From NCBI GenBank assembly GCA_964016885.1, contig OZ024740.1, positions 323,888,001 through 323,952,000 of the forward strand: 64,000 nt of DNA. Direction: 5' to 3'. A model generated the notes under the pieces. It saw only the letters and a list, made by a program, of their open reading frames with translations. It was not told the origin of the DNA and did not search any database. Below are positions 56,524 through 64,000 of the stretch, piece after piece (position 1 is the stretch's first letter; the number at the start of each line of letters is the position of its first letter). Source of the DNA: Eledone cirrhosa. Lineage: Eukaryota. A program made the translations under genes and the position numbers.

Positions 56524-56612
56524 ATTCTCGATAAAAGCACTGGATATGTAGTCCTGATGAATTCTAACAAGAATGAAACGCGTAGATTACTTCCCTTGCT
56601 TTTATCGAGAAT
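56524..56612 (+). ncRNA. Type I hammerhead ribozyme, unit 6; cleavage after 56584
   Basis: Same sequence as unit 1. Confidence 0.9.
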
Positions 56613-56743
56613 CTAATTGTAATACGTGACGTATTCTATTCTATAGCGATTAGGTCTTCAAAATGTTTATTATAAACATACAGAATATTTTCGAATATTC
56701 TATGTCTATACTCACATATATATCGCTATTTCAGAGCATTTAT

Positions 56744-56815
<72 letters not shown>

Positions 56816-56835
56816 GGAGAGAGAGAGAGAAAGAA

Positions 56836-56890
<55 letters not shown>

Positions 56891-57112
56891 CCAGCATGTC
56901 ACAGTTGGCAATATTCCAATATTGACATCCATCATTTCTAGAAATATTCTTCTGTCTTCTGAAATCTCTACAGAGGTATGGACCTATCATATTCTTATCA
57001 ACATACATGTCATCATGTTGTGACAGTTGAACACACAGAAAATATTATTATTATCGTTATTATAATGATAATTATTATTCTGTTTCAACTGGCTGGTCTC
57101 ATGCCGATTATT

Positions 57113-57163
<51 letters not shown>

Positions 57164-57279
57164 AGTGAGATGAGGCATAGTGAGAAGAGGGAGAGAAATG
57201 AGTGATTGAGAAGAGGGGGAGAGAGGAAGAGGGACAGTGAGAAGAGAGAAAGAAAGAGAAAGGGAAATAGAGAGAGAGA

Positions 57280-57315
<36 letters not shown>

Positions 57316-57757
57316 TAACATATGGCTAAGGGTTTTTAAGCATATTTTACTTTGCAGTTTACATTGTTAATATCTTAATGAGAGAGACAGAGAGAGAGAG
57401 GGGGTGGGGGAGGGAGGGGGGAGTGAACAGGACCGAAACTAGGCTCTTTACAGGACAGTGATATATCTCAGCCAATCTCCGTTGACAAGATAGGAATAAG
57501 TTGCCACACAGACCATTCAGCGATAAACGCTGCATCATATATTCCACATCTGACGGAGCCCCTTTCTAGCTTGGACAGCATATCCCAGCATTGCTGTGGA
57601 AAACGGTCAAGGATACCCATTGTTAATATTGCTATCTTCTGCACAGATCAGAATTCTAAATTTCACAATCCATGTTGGTATATATTTGATATCGTCCGCA
57701 ATGTAACCTTTCTAATCACTGCTATGTCTTTTTCAGGCTTATTATTATTACCAAAAG

Positions 57758-58490
57758 GGCGGTGGATTGGCAGTATCGGTAGAGAGTCGGACACCATGCT
57801 TTGAAGCATAGAGTTACATCCCTTTCTGATCTGAGTTCAAATCCCGCTGAGGTTAACTTTGCCTTTCATCCTTACGGGGTCGATAAAATAAAGTACCAGT
57901 AATGTACTGGATAATTGCTGGCCTTGTGCCTAAAATAGAAACAATTATTATTAAGGCGGTGGATTGGCAGTACCAGTAGAGCGTCAGACACCATGCTTTG
58001 CGCATAGAGTTACGTCCCTTTACGGTCTAACTTCAAATCCTGCCGAGGTTAACTTTGCCTTTCATCCGTACGGGGTCGATAAAATAAAGTACCAGTAATA
58101 CACTGATATAATTGCTGGCCTTGTGTCAAAAATAGAAACAATTATTATTAAGGAAGTGGGTTGGCAGTATCAGTAGAGCGTCAGACGCCATGCTTTGCAG
58201 CATAGAGTTATGTTCCTTAACGTTCTGGGTTCAAATGCCGCCGAGGTTAACTTTGCCTTTCATCCTTACGGGGTCGATAAAATAATGTACCAGTAATGCG
58301 CTGGGTAATTGCTGGCCTTGTGCCAAAAGTAGAAACAATTATTATTATTGTCAGAGTGGTAGATTCACGGAACCAATAGAGCTTCGAGCAAAATGCTTTG
58401 CGGTATTTGTTCCGACTTTACAATCTGAGTTCAAATCCCACCGTGGTCAACTTTGCCTTTCATCGTTTTGAGGTCGATACAAATGTACAG
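57758..58490 (+). mobile_element. Four head-to-tail SINE family A copies
   Basis: Units start near 57758, 57954, 58151 and 58352; the first three end in gaaacaattattatt and the fourth is older and truncated. Confidence 0.9.
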
Positions 58491-59239
58491 GTCTAGTGTT
58501 AGAGTTGATTCTTCCTCTCTCTGAAAAACTTCTGCTGTACTCAGGCCTGGAGAGGAATGGGCTTCACCAGGCTTAAAATGACCAATAAACGCTGTATGTC
58601 AATACGGTGCCCCTGCGACTCTACCAGGAGTTACGGGACCATACCATACCAACATACATATATAATGTGCGTGTGTAATATATATATATATATTGCATAT
58701 TTGGGTTACAACGACGCTGGAGTCAAACAGTATATAACTTTGCTTTTCCCCTCGACAACATTAGTGCTGTGGACAGGGAAAACTGTCATTCACGAGCGAC
58801 TGCTGGTCATCCACCAAAACATCCTGTCCAGGCTCATGCCACACAGCTAAACTTTTCCGGTGCAAACCCATTGTCAGTCCTGACCAAGGTAGGGCCTTGC
58901 GTCACGTGGCAGATAAAATAATCATGATCAATACTGCTCCAAGGGCTGGTTTATGATTCAAATAAACCTTCATTGATAACACTACCTTCTTACAACGTTT
59001 ACACAACACTAGATGGGTGTTGCGTCATGGTTCCATTGAAGAGAAATATCAATACATTACTCTTGAGGATAGCGAGGGAGATGTGCTGAAAGAGCCAGTC
59101 CAGCACTACACTAACATATCATGTCCTTTGTAAAAGCCTCAGATGGATATTGTATCATAGTCCCTGTGGACAGAATCTCGGAGGAAAGCGAGGAAGCATC
59201 GTTAAAAAAGTCAGTTCCAGAATATTTGTAATAATAATA

Positions 59240-59430
59240 ATTCTTTCAAATATAGACACAAGGCCAGCAATTTGGGGGGCGGACGTGGGGGTGTAATCGA
59301 TTCGAGTATTAGATTAGTAGATTATTTTATTGACAGTGTAATGATGACTTCAGCCGGTTTAGAACTCAGGACGTAATAACACGGAACAAATACTGCAAAT
59401 AATGTTGTCCATCAATTTAACGGTTGCGAC
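59240..59430 (-). mobile_element. Diverged SINE family A-related copy
   Basis: cacaaggccagcaatttg tail motif and tagaactcag B-box remnant. Confidence 0.6.
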
Positions 59431-59511
59431 AGTCCACCATGGCTGAATAATTGTAATATAACGGTCTGCAAGGCAATTCTTTGGTACACCGATATTTATA
59501 CATACACACAC

Positions 59512-59597
<86 letters not shown>

Positions 59598-60122
59598 AAA
59601 GCAACACAAACAATAGAGCAGTAATGATTTGTTATATTTGCCATATGGAAGAAGGAAACATGCCAAAGAAAAGTTACAACAAAATCTAAAAAAAAAAAAA
59701 AAAATCAACAAAAGGACAACAAAAACAAGAACAAGAAGAACAAAAGGACAACAAAAACAAGAACAAGAAGAACAAAAGGACAACAAAAACAAGAACAAGA
59801 AGAACAAAAAGAAGGAAAAGCAAGAAGAAGAAGAAGAAGAAGAAGAAGAAGAAGAAGAAGAAGAAGAAGAAAAGTTCCAACTCAGCAATGGCAATAATGT
59901 CTTTGTGTAACAATTTACCAGATGGTTGCCATTTTAAGGTTGGACATAACATTTCAATGTGACCGAGAAAATGTTCCGTTTTCTAGTTATCTCATCGGCA
60001 ATGGCAACATTTTGAATTGGGTGGGGGGTGGAGGTGGGGTCTCTATGGAGTGAATAGTTTCATAGCAGTGTTTATAGTTGGCTACCACTACTCACTTCAG
60101 CTCAACGAACGTTTTCTTAAAC

Positions 60123-60163
<41 letters not shown>

Positions 60164-60260
60164 TCATTAAATGTAAGAAAAACTTTAGTGTATAGAAGAA
60201 GCCAACACATTATAAAGACTAAAACATAAAAGCTTAACATGAAAAAATTATGAAACACAT

Positions 60261-60306
<46 letters not shown>

Positions 60307-60769
60307 AGTGAATAATATCGATGTGAATGTAGAAAAATCTACGTATGGACATTTCAATTTCGCATTGTCAGACAAAATTGAGATGGATTTTGTAATATAG
60401 ATTTGTATATATATGTGTATAAGTATGTATGTACGTACGTACGTGTGTATATATATATATGAAGAGTCTCAATCTGGTTTTTGTCTGTTCTTTAAGTTCG
60501 TTTCTTTCCATGTATTAAATGTCTCTCATGTTTAAGTTTGGAGTGACGCATTAAACTGACAATGACGAGATTTCTACATTTTCTGGCCAATAAAATAGAA
60601 TATTACTCTTGTTTCTTCTATATGATGTTCATGGTGATTGTAGTGGTGGTGGTGGTGGTGGTGGTTAAGGTGGTAGTGTTTGTGGTGATGTTGTTGGTAG
60701 TGACGGTTGTGGTGGTGTGTTGGCAATGACGATTGTGGTGGTGGTGGTGTTGGTAGTGACGGTTGTGGT

Positions 60770-61590
60770 GATGATGACGGTGCTGTGTGTGGTGAAGTCG
60801 ACAATGATGGAAGTGGTGGTGGGGAGTGTGGTGGTGGTGGTGGTTGTGTTTGTGGTGATGACGGTGCTGTGTGTGGTGAAGTCGACAATGATGGAAGTGG
60901 TGGTGGTGGTGGGGAGTGTGGTGGTGGAAGGTGTGGTGGTCACGGTGGTTGTGTTTGTGGTGATGATGATGATGGTGCTGTGTGGTGAAGACGGCAGCGA
61001 CAATGATGGAAGTGGTGGTGGTGGAGAGTGTGCTGGTCCCGGTGGTTGTTGTGTTTGTGGTGGTGATGATGATGGTGGTGCTGTGTGTGGTGAAGACGGC
61101 AGCGACAATGATGGAAGTGGTGGTGGTGGTGGTGGTGGAGAGTGTGCTGGTCCCGGTGGTTGTTGTGTTTGTGGTGGTGATGATGATGATGGTGCTGTGT
61201 GTGGTGAAGACGGCAGCGACAATGATGGAAGTGGTGGTGGTGGTGGTGGTGGAGAGTGTGCTGGTCCCGGTGGTTGTTGTGTTTGTGGTGATGATGATGA
61301 TGATGATGGTGCTGTGTGGTGAAGACAGCAGCGACAATGATGGAAGTGGTGGTGGTGGTGGTGGTGGAGAGTGTGCTGGTCCCGGTGGTTGTTGTGTTTG
61401 TGGTGGTGATGATGATGATGGTGCTGTGTGTGGTGAAGACGGCAGCGACAATGATGGAAATGGTGGTGGTGGTGGTGGTGGTGGTGGAGAGTGTGCTGGT
61501 CCCGGTGGTTGTTGTGTTTGTGGTGGTGATGATGATGATGGTGCTGTGTGGTGAAGACGACAGCGACAATGATGGAAGTGGTGGTGGTGG
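60770..61590. repeat. Compound minisatellite (about 105-120 bp) built from GGT/GAT triplets
   Basis: ggtgctgtgtgtggtgaagacggcagcgacaatgatggaagtggtggt...ggagagtgtgctggtcccggtggttgttgtgtttgtgg repeated, with variable triplet counts. Confidence 0.9.
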
Positions 61591-61752
61591 TCGACGTATT
61601 ATTGTTCATGATAATACTAATAATAATATTGATAATGGCGATGATGATGATGATGATGATGATGATAGCGAGCGTGATAATCATGATGAAAAATACGACA
61701 ACCATGATAATTATGGTGATGATGGTTGTGGTGATGATGATAACGATAGTGG

Positions 61753-61792
<40 letters not shown>

Positions 61793-62240
61793 AATCACCA
61801 CGCTAATAGTTGTATGTGATGGTGACAGTAGTGATGGTGTTCCCCAGGATAAGATGATAGCGATAGCCGAGCTAGACTTGATATGTGACGATAAAGATGG
61901 TGGTAGGCGGTGGTGGTGGTGATGGTGGTGGTGGTAGCAATATTGGCGGTATATGATAGTACGAATGGCCGAGGTGGCGGCGGTGGTATTGACTGGTCTA
62001 GAGAAACGCTGACATATGCCAGATTGTTAAGTATGAGGAAATGTCAAGGATCAATGGCGCCATCTATCGTGAGAATGTCTGCTATTGTTAACTTGTTAAC
62101 CAACTTTAACGACAACTGTGACTGGACGACGAGATTCACAGATCGAACTAAGAAACCCTTCAACTCACATAATCTGTACATGTATATATACTTAGATATA
62201 TACATACGGACACATTATACATACATGCACGCATAAATAT

Positions 62241-62283
<43 letters not shown>

Positions 62284-62327
62284 CATACACACGTATACAC
62301 ACAGTCACATATATATATGTGTGCGTG

Positions 62328-62387
<60 letters not shown>

Positions 62388-62436
62388 CATCTATATATGT
62401 ACATACATACACACTGAGGGGCGGACATATATATAC

Positions 62437-62531
62437 ATCAAGCTTTGTATATGTGTATATATCCCAAATGTGTGTACCTATGTACCATAGGTTCACACAT
62501 TTGGGATATATACACATATACAAAGCTTGAT
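62437..62531. repeat. Near-perfect hairpin of about 95 bp
   Basis: atcaagctttgtatatgtgtatatatcccaaatgtgtgtacctatg-tac-cataggttcacacatttgggatatatacacatatacaaagcttgat. Confidence 0.9.
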
Positions 62532-62720
62532 TTATATATATGTCAGTCCCTCACACACACATATATATATAAATTCACACATATACAGATATATATATAT
62601 ATCAGTTCATATATAGACATTTCTCCATGAAAAAATTGCTTTCTTTTTCTCATTATTTCTGTAAAAAAAAAACTAATATCGATCCTGTCAAAATCGAAAC
62701 TCCAGCCGACATTATTCGAC

Positions 62721-62860
<140 letters not shown>

Positions 62861-63280
62861 CGTCCGCACTAGGATCGGCTCATTGAATATGTCAATAAAC
62901 TGAAGGTGAGATGGAATTGGCTAGTCTCAGTTACCCTCTGAAGATGGTATAATGAAGAATTCTTCAACAATTCACCAAGACCTACAGAACTATTTCAATC
63001 TCTCATAATCATGATCGCCACTCATCAGAGAAAGGTTTGTACATATTGAATGGCACCGTCCAATCATTATTCCTACGTGTTTAATGGTTATTCGATGAGA
63101 GTTAGATACATCACAAGGTCATATAAATAACCATTTACAATTTAAAAGGGCTTAAGATACCATAGGTAGCCTTAGAAAATACTAATAGCAAGTAGTAAGT
63201 TGTCGAAATATGATTGAATAACCATGAATTATTGTAATAAATGCTTGCATAAACTAACCAGAAGCTTCACAAGCACACAC

Positions 63281-63343
<63 letters not shown>

Positions 63344-63469
63344 ATCTGGATCACGGAGTACAGCTGACGAAGGATAATTCTTTCTTTTCTTCTCTTGCTT
63401 CGTCCAAACCACCATCCTAAACCTTGTTTTTAGTAACCACACAGCTCCTATCGTTTCTTATCATTTACC

Positions 63470-63583
63470 ATCTGAGTTCAAATCCCGCCGAGGTTGACTT
63501 TGCCTTTCATCCTTACGGCGTCGATAAAATAAAGTACCAGTAATACACTGGGTACTTGCTGGCCTTGTGCCTAAAGTAGAAAC
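63470..63583 (+). mobile_element. 5'-truncated SINE family A copy
   Basis: Consensus match from the B-box to the tail. Confidence 0.85.
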
Positions 63584-63654
63584 ACATATATATGCCGTCC
63601 CAGAATTAGCCGTCGAAACGGCTTGAGCTCAGCTGTCGGGGTCTTACTGGTTCC

Positions 63655-63884
<230 letters not shown>

Positions 63885-63914
63885 AGATCAAAAGATGGTT
63901 AAAGGAGTTCAATA

Positions 63915-63981
63915 TATTTTATTATGCGCATTTCAAAAACAAACATCAGCAATAATATTTGTGTTTTCATCAGATAAAATA
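63915..63981 (-). ncRNA. Type I hammerhead motif, same family as 19739-19809
   Basis: Reverse complement: tattttat CTGATGA aaacacaaatattattgctgatgtttgttttt GAAAT gcgc ATA ataaaata. Confidence 0.8.
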
Positions 63982-64000
63982 GGAGAACATGATATGAAGG

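Larger units (their letters stand above)
54713..56749 (+). mobile_element. Tandem array of about 6.6 x 310-bp units carrying type I hammerheads (non-LTR retrozyme or non-autonomous Penelope-like element)
   Basis: cgtagattac recurs at 54721, 55031, 55341, 55651, 55961, 56271 and 56581; units look identical; flanked by (TA)n; inverted partial copy at 54615-54714. Confidence 0.92.

Noticed and set aside
54713-56749. Ordinary satellite DNA or a coding repeat
   Set aside because: There is no ORF, and a complete hammerhead per unit plus the inverted 5' arm is better explained by an RNA-based element.
59629-59910. Lys/Glu-rich 93-aa ORF
   Set aside because: Formed by an A-rich 32-bp repeat plus (GAA)n.
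60574-61922. Long ORFs up to 378 aa rich in His, Pro, Gly and Thr
   Set aside because: They are open in several frames on both strands because of a triplet-based minisatellite, and unit length changes shift the frames.

Overview
AT-rich, microsatellite-saturated animal genomic DNA. The repeat content and 5S sequence point to a coleoid cephalopod, probably Octopus (inference). The only host coding sequence I can support is two minus-strand exons of a prickle-family planar cell polarity gene: a PET-domain exon at 12676-12930 and a LIM1 exon at 516-719, both phase 0 with canonical splice sites. The rest is intron or upstream DNA filled with tRNA-derived SINEs, RTE LINE remnants, MITEs and micro/minisatellites. 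The main finding is a 2-kb array of about 6.6 apparently identical 310-bp units at 54713-56749. It carries six complete type I hammerhead ribozymes, has an inverted partial copy at its 5' end and sits inside (TA)n, which fits a non-LTR retrozyme or non-autonomous Penelope-like element. At least three other unrelated hammerhead-bearing inverted-repeat families also occur in (TA)n tracts. In addition there is a full-length 5S rRNA fused to a SINE 3' half within a 12-bp target-site duplication, and a bipartite non-autonomous RTE family. Nearly all ORFs in the supplied track are microsatellite artefacts.
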